64,000 nucleotides of DNA from the human T2T-CHM13v2.0 reference genome, Homo sapiens, in NCBI RefSeq assembly GCF_009914755.1, contig NC_060928.1. One strand, 5' to 3'. The notes beneath the pieces are model-generated. The model worked only from the letters and a program-made list of their open reading frames with translations, searched no databases and was not told the DNA's origin. Shown here piece after piece: positions 53,720-64,000 of the stretch. A program made the translations under genes and the position numbers. How positions within the stretch are numbered: position 1 is the stretch's first letter; the number at the start of each line of letters is the position of its first letter.

Positions 53720-56700
53720 GTGGATATTTGGATAGCTTTGAGGATTTCGTTGGAAACGGGATATCTTCATATAAAATCTAGACAGAAGCATTCTCAGAAA
53801 CTTCTTTGTGCTGTATGTCCTCAATTAACAGAGTTGAACCATTGCTTGGATACAGCATTTTGGAAACATTCCTTGAGTAGAATCTGCAAGTTGATATTTA
53901 GATAGATTTGAAGATTTCGTTGGAAAAGGGAATAACTCCATATAAAATCTAGAGGGAAGCATTCTCAGAAACTGCTTTGTGATGTTTCCATTCAAGTCAC
54001 AGAGTTGAATATTCCCTTTTATAGAGCACGTTTGAAACACTCTTTCTGCACTATCTGGAAGTGGACATTTCGAGCGCTTTGAGGCCTATGGTGAAAAAGG
54101 AAATATCTTCCCATAAAAACTAGACAGAAGCATTCTCAGAAACTTGTTTGTGATGTGTGCATTCAACTAACAGAGTTGAACTTTTGTTTTTACAGAGCCG
54201 TTTTAAAACACTCTTTTTGTGGAATCAGAAAGTGGATATTCGGATGGCTCTGAGGATTTCGTTGGAAGCGGGATTACATATAAAATCTAGAGAGAAGCAT
54301 TCTCAGGAACTTCTTTGTGATGTTTGCATTGAAGTCACAGAATTGAACATTCACTTTGATAGAGCAGGTTTGAAACACTCATTCTGTAGTATCTGGAAGT
54401 GGACATTTCAAGCGCTTTCAGGCCTATGGTGAGAAAGGAAATATCTTCGAATAAAAACTAGACAGAAGCATCCTCAGAAACTTATTTGTGATGTGTGTCC
54501 TCAACTAACAGAGTTGAAACTTTGTTTTGATACAGCATTTTGGAAACACTCTTTTTGTAGAATCTGCAGGTGGATATTTGGATAGCTTAGAGGGATTCGT
54601 TGGAAAGGGGATATCTTCATATAAAATCTAGACAGAAGCATTCTCAGAAACTTATTTGTGATGTGTGTCCTCAACTAACAGAGTTGAACCTTGGTTTTGA
54701 TACAGCATTTTGGAAACACTCCTTTTGTAGAATCTGCAGGTGGATATGTGGATAGCTCTGAAGATTTCGTTGGAAACGGGAATTTCTTCATATAAAATCA
54801 AACAGAAGCATTCTCAGAAACTTCTCAGTGATGTTTGCATTCAGCTCATGGAGTTGAACACTTCCTTTCATAGAGCCGGTTTGAAACACTCTTTCTGCAC
54901 TACCTGGAAGAGGACATTTCGAGCGCTTTGAGTCCTATGGTGAAAAAGGAAATATCTTCTCATAAAAACCAGAAAGAAGCATTCTCAGAAACTTCTTTGT
55001 GTTGTGTGTACTCATGTAACAGTGTTGAACCATCCTTTTGACAGAGCAGTTTTGAAACACTCTTTTTGTAGAATCTGCAAGTGGATATTTGGATAGCTTT
55101 GAGGATTTCGTTGGAAACGGGATGACATATAATATCTAGAGAGAAGCATACTCAGGAACTTCTTTGTGATGTTTGCATTCAAGTCACAGAATTGAACATT
55201 CCCTTTCATAGAGCAGGTTTGAAACACTCTTTCTCTAGTATCTGGAAGTGGGCATTTCAAGCGCTTTCAGGCCTATGGAGAGAAAGGAAATACCTTCAAA
55301 TAAAAACTAGACAGAAGCATTCTCAGAAACTTATTTGTGATGTGTGTCCTCAACTAACAGAGTTGAACCTTTGTTTTGATACAGCATTTTGGAAACACTC
55401 CTTTTGTAGAATCTGCAGGTGGATATTTGGATAACTTTGAAGATTTCGTTGGAAACCGGAATATCTTCATATAAAATCAAGACAGAAGCATTCTCGGAAA
55501 CATCTCTGTGATGTTTGCATTCAACTCAGTAGAGTTGAACACTTCCTTTCATAGAGCAGGTTTGAAACACTCTTTCTGCACTACCTGGAAGCGGACATTT
55601 CGAGCGCTTTGAGGCCTATGGTGAAAAAGGAAATATCTTCTCATAAAAACCAGAAAGAAGCATTCTCAGAAACTTCTTTGTGTTGTGTGTACTCAAGTAA
55701 CAGTGTTGAACCTTCCTTTTGACACAGCAGTTTTGAAACACTCTTTTGGTAGAATCTGCAAGTGGATATTTGGATAGCTTTGAGGATTTCGTTGGAAACG
55801 GGTTATCTTCATATAAAATCCAGACAGGAGCATTCTCAGAAACTTCTTTGTGCTGCATGTCCTCAATTCACAGAGCTGAACCTTTGTTTGGATACAGCAT
55901 TTTGGAAACATTCCTTTAGTAGAATCTGCAAGTTGATATTTAGATAGCTTTGAAGATTTCGTTGGAAACGGGAATATCTTCATAGAAAATCTAGACGGAA
56001 GCATTCTCAGAAACTGCTTTGTGATGTTTGCATTCAAGTCACAGAGTTGAATATTCCCTTTTATAGAGTAGGTTTGAAACACTCTTTCGGCACTACCTGG
56101 AAGTGGATATTTCGAGCTCTTTGAGGCCTATGGTTAAAAGGAAATATCTTCCCATAAAAACTAGACAGAAGCCGTCTCAGAAACTTGTTTGTGATGTGTG
56201 TATTCAACTAACAGAGTTGAACATTTCTGTTACAGAGCAATTTTAAAACACTCTTTTTGTGGAATCTGAAAGTGGATAATTGGATAGCTTTGTGGATTTC
56301 GTTGGAAACGGGATGACGTATAAAATCTAGAGAGAAGCATTCTCAGGAACTTCTTTCTGATGTTTGCATTCAAGTCACAGAATTGAACATTCCTTTTCAT
56401 AGTGCAGGTTTGAAACACTCTTTCTGTAGTATCTGGAAGTGGACATTTCAAGCGCTTTCAGGCCTACGGGGAGAAAGGAAATATCTTCAAATAAAAACTA
56501 GACAGAAGGATTCTCAGAAACTTATTTGTGATGTGTGTCCTCAACTAACAGAGTTGAAACTTTGTTTTGATACAGCATTTTGGAAACACTCTTTTTGTAG
56601 AATCTGCAGGTGGATATTTGGATAGCTTAGAGGGATTCGTTGGAAAGGGGATATCTTCATATAAAATCTAGACAGAATCATTCTCAGAAACTTATTTGTG

Positions 56701-58991
56701 ATGTGTGTCCTCAACTAACAGAGTTGAACCTTGGTTTTGATACAGCATTTTGGAAACACTCCTTTTGTAGAATCTGCAGGTGGATATGTGGATAGCTCTG
56801 AAGATTTCGTTGGAAACGGGAATTTCTTCATATAAAATCAAACAGAAGCATTCTCAGAAACTTCTCAGTGATGTTTGCATTCAGCTCATGGAGTTGAACA
56901 CTTCCTTTCATAGAGCCGGTTTGAAACACTCTTTCTGCACTACCTGGAAGAGGACATTTCGAGCGCTTTGAGTCCTATGGTGAAAAAGGAAATATCTTCT
57001 CATAAAAACCAGAAAGAAGCATTCTCAGAAACTTCTTTGTGTTGTGTGTACTCATGTAACAGTGTTGAACCATCCTTTTGACAGAGCAGTTTTGAAACAC
57101 TCTTTTTGTAGAATCTGCAAGTGGATATTTGGATAGCTTTGAGGATTTCGTTTGAAACGGGATGACATATAATATCTAGAGAGAAGCATTCTCAGGAACT
57201 TCTTTGAGATGTTTGCATTCAAGTCACAGAATTGAACATTACCTTTCATAGAGCAGGTTTGAAACACTCTTTCTCTAGTATCTGGAAGTGGGCATTTCAA
57301 GCGCTTTCAGGCCTATGGAGAGAAAGGAAATACCTTCAAATAAAAACTAGACACAAGCATTCTCAGAAACTTATTTGTGATGTGTGTCCTCAACTAACAG
57401 AGTTGAACCTTTGTTTTGATACAGCATTTTGGAAACACTCCTTTTGTAGAATCTGCAGGTGGATATTTGGATAACTTTGAAGATTTCGTTGGAAACCGGA
57501 ATATCTTCATATAAAATCAAGACAGAAGCATTCTCGGAAACATCTCTGTGATGTTTGCATTCAACTCAGTAGAGTTGAACACTTCCTTTCATAGAGCAGG
57601 TTTGAAACACTCTTTCTGCACTACCTGGAAGCGGACATTTCGAGCGCTTTGAGGCCTATGGTGAAAAAGGAAATATCTTCTCATAAAAACCAGAAAGAAG
57701 CATTCTCAGAAACTTCTTTGTGTTGTGTGTACTCAAGTAACAGTGTTGAACCTTCCTTTTGACACAGCAGTTTTGAAACACTCTTTTGGTAGAATCTGCA
57801 AGTGGATATTTGGATAGCTTTGAGGATTTCGTTGGAAACGGGTTATCTTCATATAAAATCCAGACAGGAGCATTCTCAGAAACTTCTTTGTGCTGCATGT
57901 CCTCAATTCACAGAGCTGAACCTTTGTTTGGATACAGCATTTTGGAAACATTCCTTTAGTAGAATCTGCAAGTTGATATTTAGATAGCTTTGAAGATTTC
58001 GTTGGAAACGGGACTATCTTCATAGAAAATCTAGACGTAAGCATTCTCAGAAACTGCTTTGTGATGTTTGCATTCAAGTCACAGAGTTGAATATTCCCTT
58101 TTATAGAGTAGGTTTGAAACACTCTTTCGGCACTACCTGGAAGTGGATATTTCGAGCTCTTTGAGGCCTATGGTTAAAAGGAAATATCTTCCCATAAAAA
58201 CTAGACAGAAGCCGTCTCAGAAACTTGTTTGTGATGTGTGTATTCAACTAACAGAGTTGAACATTTCTGTTACAGAGCAATTTTAAAACACTCTTTTTGT
58301 GGAATCTGAAAGTGGATAATTGGATAGCTTTGTGGATTTCGTTGGAAACGGGATGACGTATAAAATCTAGAGAGAAGCATTCTCAGGAACTTCTTTCTGA
58401 TGTTTGCATTCAAGTCACAGAATTGAACATTCCTTTTCATAGTGCAGGTTTGAAACACTCTTTCTGTAGTATCTGGAAGTGGACATTTCAAGCGCTTTCA
58501 GGCCTACGGGGAGAAAGGAAATATCTTCAAATAAAAACTAGACAGAAGGATTCTCAGAAACTTATTTGTGATGTGTGTCCTAAACGAACACAGTTGAACC
58601 TTTGTTTTGATACAGCATTTTGGAAACACTCCTTTTGTAGGATCTGCAGGTGGATATTTGGATAGATTTTAAGATTTCGTTGGAAACGGGAGTTTCTTCA
58701 TAGAAACTCAAGACAGATGCATTCTCAGAAACATCTCTGTGATGTTTGCATTCCACTCATAGAGTTGAAAACTTCCTTTCATAGAGCAGGTTTGAAACAC
58801 TCTTTTTGTAATATTTGGAAGTGGACATTTGCAGCGCTTTGAGGCCTATGGTGAAAAAGGAAATATCTTCTCATAAAAACCAGAAACAAGCATTCTCAGA
58901 AACTTCTTTTTGATGTGTGTACTCAAGCAACAGAGTTGAACCTTCCTTTTGACACAGCAGTTTTGAAACAATCTTTTTGTAGAATCTGCAA
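53720..58991 (+). repeat. 31-monomer stretch (5272 bp): M1-M17, hybrid M18/M6, then M7-M19, i.e. a second type of 12-mer (2040 bp) plus a 19-mer
   Basis: Anchor spacing 5272 = 3232+2040. The M18 head GAAGGATTCTCAG (56509-56512) is joined to the M6 body CCTCAACTAACAGAGTTGAAACTTTG (from 56542). The M7 marker recurs at 54740 and 56780. Confidence 0.93.
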
Positions 58992-59016
58992 GTGGATATT
59001 TGGATAGCTTTGAGGA

Positions 59017-59033
59017 TTTCGTTGGAAACGGGA
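59017..59033 (+). promoter_or_regulatory. CENP-B box (intact, M1 of the reference 19-mer)
   Basis: TTTCGTTGGAAACGGGA. Confidence 0.95.
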
Positions 59034-59186
59034 TATCTTCATATAAAATCTAGACAGAAGCATTCTCAGAAACTTCTTTGTGCTGTATGTCCTCAATTAA
59101 CAGAGTTGAACCATTGCTTGGATACAGCATTTTGGAAACATTCCTTGAGTAGAATCTGCAAGTTGATATTTAGATAGATTTGAAGA

Positions 59187-59203
59187 TTTCGTTGGAAAAG
59201 GGA
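59187..59203 (+). promoter_or_regulatory. Degenerate CENP-B box (M2), fixed in all HORs
   Basis: TTTCGTTGGAAAAGGGA: CGGG>AGGG. Confidence 0.9.
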
Positions 59204-59357
59204 ATATCTCCATATAAAATCTAGAGGGAAGCATTCTCAGAAACTGCTTTGTGATGTTTCCATTCAAGTCACAGAGTTGAATATTCCCTTTTATAGAGCA
59301 CGTTTGAAACACTCTTTCTGCACTATCTGGAAGTGGACATTTCGAGCGCTTTGAGGC

Positions 59358-59374
59358 CTATGGTGAAAAAGGAA
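59358..59374 (+). promoter_or_regulatory. pJalpha (A-type) box (M3, representative; 8 per 19-mer including variants)
   Basis: CTATGGTGAAAAAGGAA sits at the position homologous to the CENP-B box. Confidence 0.85.
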
Positions 59375-59528
59375 ATATCTTCCCATAAAAACTAGACAGA
59401 AGCATTCTCAGAAACTTGTTTGTGATGTGTGTATTCAACTAACAGAGTTGAACTTTTGTTTTTACAGAGCCGTTTTAAAACACTCTTTTTGTGGAATCAG
59501 AAAGTGGATATTCGGATGGCTCTGAGGA

Positions 59529-59545
59529 TTTCGTTGGAAGCGGGA
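59529..59545 (+). promoter_or_regulatory. CENP-B box (core intact, M4)
   Basis: TTTCGTTGGAAGCGGGA; the change is at a non-essential N position. Confidence 0.9.
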
Positions 59546-59866
59546 TTACATATAAAATCTAGAGAGAAGCATTCTCAGGAACTTCTTTGTGATGTTTGCA
59601 TTGAAGTCACAGAATTGAACATTCACTTTGATAGAGCAGGTTTGAAACACTCATTCTGTAGTATCTGGAAGTGGACATTTCAAGCGCTTTCAGGCCTATG
59701 GTGAGAAAGGAAATATCTTCGAATAAAAACTAGACAGAAGCATCCTCAGAAACTTATTTGTGATGTGTGTCCTCAACTAACAGAGTTGAAACTTTGTTTT
59801 GATACAGCATTTTGGAAACACTCTTTTTGTAGAATCTGCAGGTGGATATTTGGATAGCTTAGAGGG

Positions 59867-59883
59867 ATTCGTTGGAAAGGGGA
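59867..59883 (+). promoter_or_regulatory. Degenerate CENP-B box (M6), fixed
   Basis: ATTCGTTGGAAAGGGGA: CGGG>GGGG. Confidence 0.9.
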
Positions 59884-60036
59884 TATCTTCATATAAAATC
59901 TAGACAGAAGCATTCTCAGAAACTTATTTGTGATGTGTGTCCTCAACTAACAGAGTTGAACCTTGGTTTTGATACAGCATTTTGGAAACACTCCTTTTGT
60001 AGAATCTGCAGGTGGATATGTGGATAGCTCTGAAGA

Positions 60037-60053
60037 TTTCGTTGGAAACGGGA
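60037..60053 (+). promoter_or_regulatory. CENP-B box (intact, M7)
   Basis: TTTCGTTGGAAACGGGA. Confidence 0.95.
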
Positions 60054-60377
60054 ATTTCTTCATATAAAATCAAACAGAAGCATTCTCAGAAACTTCTCAG
60101 TGATGTTCGCATTCAGCTCATGGAGTTGAACACTTCCTTTCATAGAGCCGGTTTGAAACACTCTTTCTGCACTACCTGGAAGAGGACATTTCGAGCGCTT
60201 TGAGTCCTATGGTGAAAAAGGAAATATCTTCTCATAAAAACCAGAAAGAAGCATTCTCAGAAACTTCTTTGTGTTGTGTGTACTCATGTAACAGTGTTGA
60301 ACCATCCTTTTGACAGAGCAGTTTTGAAACACTCTTTTTGTAGAATCTGCAAGTGGATATTTGGATAGCTTTGAGGA

Positions 60378-60394
60378 TTTCGTTGGAAACGGGA
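60378..60394 (+). promoter_or_regulatory. CENP-B box (intact, M9)
   Basis: TTTCGTTGGAAACGGGA. Confidence 0.95.
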
Positions 60395-60715
60395 TGACAT
60401 ATAATATCTAGAGAGAAGCATACTCAGGAACTTCTTTGTGATGTTTGCATTCAAGTCACAGAATTGAACATTCCCTTTCATAGAGCAGGTTTGAAACACT
60501 CTTTCTCTAGTATCTGGAAGTGGGCATTTCAAGCGCTTTCAGGCCTATGGAGAGAAAGGAAATACCTTCAAATAAAAACTAGACAGAAGCATTCTCAGAA
60601 ACTTATTTGTGATGTGTGTCCTCAACTAACAGAGTTGAACCTTTGTTTTGATACAGCATTTTGGAAACACTCCTTTTGTAGAATCTGCAGGTGGATATTT
60701 GGATAACTTTGAAGA

Positions 60716-60732
60716 TTTCGTTGGAAACCGGA
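60716..60732 (+). promoter_or_regulatory. Degenerate CENP-B box (M11), fixed
   Basis: TTTCGTTGGAAACCGGA: CGGG>CCGG. Confidence 0.9.
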
Positions 60733-61058
60733 ATATCTTCATATAAAATCAAGACAGAAGCATTCTCGGAAACATCTCTGTGATGTTTGCATTCAACTCA
60801 GTAGAGTTGAACACTTCCTTTCATAGAGCAGGTTTGAAACACTCTTTCTGCACTACCTGGAAGCGGACATTTCGAGCGCTTTGAGGCCTATGGTGAAAAA
60901 GGAAATATCTTCTCATAAAAACCAGAAAGAAGCATTCTCAGAAACTTCTTTGTGTTGTGTGTACTCAAGTAACAGTGTTGAACCTTCCTTTTGACACAGC
61001 AGTTTTGAAACACTCTTTTGGTAGAATCTGCAAGTGGATATTTGGATAGCTTTGAGGA

Positions 61059-61075
61059 TTTCGTTGGAAACGGGT
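61059..61075 (+). promoter_or_regulatory. CENP-B box (intact, M13)
   Basis: TTTCGTTGGAAACGGGT. Confidence 0.92.
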
Positions 61076-61228
61076 TATCTTCATATAAAATCCAGACAGG
61101 AGCATTCTCAGAAACTTCTTTGTGCTGCATGTCCTCAATTCACAGAGCTGAACCTTTGTTTGGATACAGCATTTTGGAAACATTCCTTTAGTAGAATCTG
61201 CAAGTTGATATTTAGATAGCTTTGAAGA

Positions 61229-61245
61229 TTTCGTTGGAAACGGGA
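61229..61245 (+). promoter_or_regulatory. CENP-B box (intact, M14)
   Basis: TTTCGTTGGAAACGGGA. Confidence 0.95.
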
Positions 61246-61568
61246 ATATCTTCATAGAAAATCTAGACGGAAGCATTCTCAGAAACTGCTTTGTGATGTT
61301 TGCATTCAAGTCACAGAGTTGAATATTCCCTTTTATAGAGTAGGTTTGAAACACTCTTTCGGCACTACCTGGAAGTGGATATTTCGAGCTCTTTGAGGCC
61401 TATGGTTAAAAGGAAATATCTTCCCATAAAAACTAGACAGAAGCCGTCTCAGAAACTTGTTTGTGATGTGTGTATTCAACTAACAGAGTTGAACATTTCT
61501 GTTACAGAGCAATTTTAAAACACTCTTTTTGTGGAATCTGAAAGTGGATAATTGGATAGCTTTGTGGA

Positions 61569-61585
61569 TTTCGTTGGAAACGGGA
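61569..61585 (+). promoter_or_regulatory. CENP-B box (intact, M16)
   Basis: TTTCGTTGGAAACGGGA. Confidence 0.95.
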
Positions 61586-61906
61586 TGACGTATAAAATCT
61601 AGAGAGAAGCATTCTCAGGAACTTCTTTCTGATGTTTGCATTCAAGTCACAGAATTGAACATTCCTTTTCATAGTGCAGGTTTGAAACACTCTTTCTGTA
61701 GTATCTGGAAGTGGACATTTCAAGCGCTTTCAGGCCTACGGGGAGAAAGGAAATATCTTCAAATAAAAACTAGACAGAAGGATTCTCAGAAACTTATTTG
61801 TGATGTGTGTCCTAAACGAACACAGTTGAACCTTTGTTTTGATACAGCATTTTGGAAACACTCCTTTTGTAGGATCTGCAGGTGGATATTTGGATAGATT
61901 TTAAGA

Positions 61907-61923
61907 TTTCGTTGGAAACGGGA
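61907..61923 (+). promoter_or_regulatory. CENP-B box (intact, M18)
   Basis: TTTCGTTGGAAACGGGA. Confidence 0.95.
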
Positions 61924-62223
61924 GTTTCTTCATAGAAACTCAAGACAGATGCATTCTCAGAAACATCTCTGTGATGTTTGCATTCCACTCATAGAGTTGA
62001 AAACTTCCTTTCATAGAGCAGGTTTGAAACACTCTTTTTGTAATATTTGGAAGTGGACATTTGCAGCGCTTTGAGGCCTATGGTGAAAAAGGAAATATCT
62101 TCTCATAAAAACCAGAAACAAGCATTCTCAGAAACTTCTTTTTGATGTGTGTACTCAAGTAACAGAGTTGAACCTTCCTTTTGACACAGCAGTTTTGAAA
62201 CAATCTTTTTGTAGAATCTGCAA

Positions 62224-64000
62224 GTGGATATTTGGATAGCTTTGAGGATTTCGTTGGAAACGGGATATCTTCATATAAAATCTAGACAGAAGCATTCTCA
62301 GAAACTTCTTTGTGCTGTATGTCCTCAATTAACAGAGTTGAACCATTGCTTGGATACAGCATTTTGGAAACATTCCTTGAGTAGAATCTGCAAGTTGATA
62401 TTTAGATAGATTTGAAGATTTCGTTGGAAAAGGGAATATCTCCATATAAAATCTAGAGGGAAGCATTCTCAGAAACTGCTTTGTGATGTTTCCATTCAAG
62501 TCACAGAGTTGAATATTCCCTTTTATAGAGCACGTTTGAAACACTCTTTCTGCACTATCTGGAAGTGGACATTTCGAGCGCTTTGAGGCCTATGGTGAAA
62601 AAGGAAATATCTTCCCATAAAAACTAGACAGAAGCATTCTCAGAAACTTGTTTGTGATGTGTGTATTCAACTAACAGAGTTGAACTTTTGTTTTTACAGA
62701 GCCGTTTTAAAACACTCTTTTTGTGGAATCAGAAAGTGGATATTCGGATGGCTCTGAGGATTTCGTTGGAAGCGGGATTACATATAAAATCTAGAGAGAA
62801 GCATTCTCAGGAACTTCTTTGTGATGTTTGCATTGAAGTCACAGAATTGAACATTCACTTTGATAGAACAGGTTTGAAACACTCATTCTGTAGTATCTGG
62901 AAGTGGACATTTCAAGCGCTTTCAGGCCTATGGTGAGAAAGGAAATATCTTCGAATAAAAACTAGACAGAAGCATCCTCAGAAACTTATTTGTGATGTGT
63001 GTCCTCAACTAACAGAGTTGAAACTTTGTTTTGATACAGCATTTTGGAAACACTCTTTTTGTAGAATCTGCAGGTGGATATTTGGATAGCTTAGAGGGAT
63101 TCGTTGGAAAGGGGATATCTTCATATAAAATCTAGACAGAAGCATTCTCAGAAACTTATTTGTGATGTGTGTCCTCAACTAACAGAGTTGAACCTTGGTT
63201 TTGATACAGCATTTTGGAAACACTCCTTTTGTAGAATCTGCAGGTGGATATGTGGATAGCTCTGAAGATTTCGTTGGAAACGGGAATTTCTTCATATAAA
63301 ATCAAACAGAAGCATTCTCAGAAACTTCTCAGTGATGTTTGCATTCAGCTCATGGAGTTGAACACTTCCTTTCATAGAGCCGGTTTGAAACACTCTTTCT
63401 GCACTACCTGGAAGAGGACATTTCGAGCGCTTTGAGTCCTATGGTGAAAAAGGAAATATCTTCTCATAAAAACCAGAAAGAAGCATTCTCAGAAACTTCT
63501 TTGTGTTGTGTGTACTCATGTAACAGTGTTGAACCATCCTTTTGACAGAGCAGTTTTGAAACACTCTTTTTGTAGAATCTGCAAGTGGATATTTGGATAG
63601 CTTTGAGGATTTCGTTGGAAACGGGATGACATATAATATCTAGAGAGAAGCATTCTCAGGAACTTCTTTGTGATGTTTGCATTCAAGTCACAGAATTGAA
63701 CATTCCCTTTCATAGAGCAGGTTTGAAACACTCTTTCTCTAGTATCTGGAAGTGGGCATTTCAAGCGCTTTCAGGCCTATGGAGAGAAAGGAAATACCTT
63801 CAAATAAAAACTAGACAGAAGCATTCTCAGAAACTTATTTGTGATGTGTGTCCTCAACTAACAGAGTTGAACCTTTGTTTTGATACAGCATTTTGGAAAC
63901 ACTCCTTTTGTAGAATCTGCAGGTGGATATTTGGATAACTTTGAAGATTTCGTTGGAAACCGGAATATCTTCATATAAAATCAAGACAGAAGCATTCTCG
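62224..64000 (+). repeat. Partial HOR (M1-M11 and the start of M12), truncated by the window end
   Basis: Same monomer order. The window ends at ..GACAGAAGCATTCTCG, just before the position that separates a 12-mer from a 19-mer. Confidence 0.93.

Larger units (their letters stand above)
58992..62223 (+). repeat. Near-consensus 19-mer HOR (3232 bp); box order B B A B A B B A B A B A B B A B A B A
   Basis: Anchor spacing 3232. I read 11 B-type and 8 A-type boxes directly from the sequence. Confidence 0.95.
1..64000 (+). repeat. Alpha-satellite higher-order repeat array (~170-bp monomers), SF2-like; probably human chr4 D4Z1/S2C4H1L
   Basis: The monomer motif CATTCTCAGAAACTT..TGTGATGT..CAGAGTTGAA..TTTGAAACACTCTTT..GTGGA(T/C)ATTT recurs every ~170 bp throughout. 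Monomers end in a CENP-B-type box or a pJalpha-type box, and near-identical blocks recur at 2041/3232 bp. Alpha-satellite identity is certain; the chr4 assignment (19-mer of 3.2 kb with a 2.55 kb 15-mer variant) is recalled knowledge and less certain (~0.8). Confidence 0.99.

Noticed and set aside
77-63938. Many 61-129 aa ORFs on both strands repeating with the HOR period
   Set aside because: They are chance open frames of alpha-satellite. Many start at GTG/TTG, they overlap on both strands, they are opened or closed by random SNVs, and they show no recognisable domain or gene structure.
1-64000. CRISPR-like regular repeat/spacer pattern
   Set aside because: Whole 170-bp monomers are homologous, there are no unique spacers and there are no cas genes.
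1-64000. Possible L1/Alu insertion, inversion or non-alpha satellite island
   Set aside because: All anchor spacings are whole-monomer multiples, and the ORF pattern keeps one orientation throughout. I saw no poly-A tails, target-site duplications or foreign sequence.

Overview
The whole 64 kb window is primate centromeric alpha-satellite: ~170-bp monomers, all head-to-tail in one orientation, organised as a very homogeneous higher-order repeat (HOR) array. It contains no credible genes, RNA genes, transposon insertions or inversions, and all listed ORFs are repeat artefacts. The full-length HOR is a 19-mer of 3232 bp with alternating CENP-B-box and pJalpha-box monomers. This best fits the human chromosome 4 live array D4Z1 (S2C4H1L, suprachromosomal family 2); that assignment rests on recalled HOR sizes, not a search. 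Units were anchored on the GTGGATATTTGGATAGCTTTGAGGATTTCGTTGGAAACGGGATATC motif, and M1-M19 denotes the monomer ending in the nth A/B box from that anchor. The order is ten 12-mers (2041 bp, 1-20380), then 19, 15, 19, 15, 19, 19, 19, 18, 15, 19, 19, a 31-monomer stretch (19 plus a different 12-mer), 19, and a partial unit. I found no new protein-coding system; the interest lies in array architecture. (i) A locally amplified 12-mer deletion variant has lost half of the intact CENP-B boxes. (ii) A hidden 7-monomer ancestral grammar explains every structural-variant junction. (iii) Nested multi-HOR duplications of 4082, 5783, 3232 and 5272 bp can be traced through shared SNVs.
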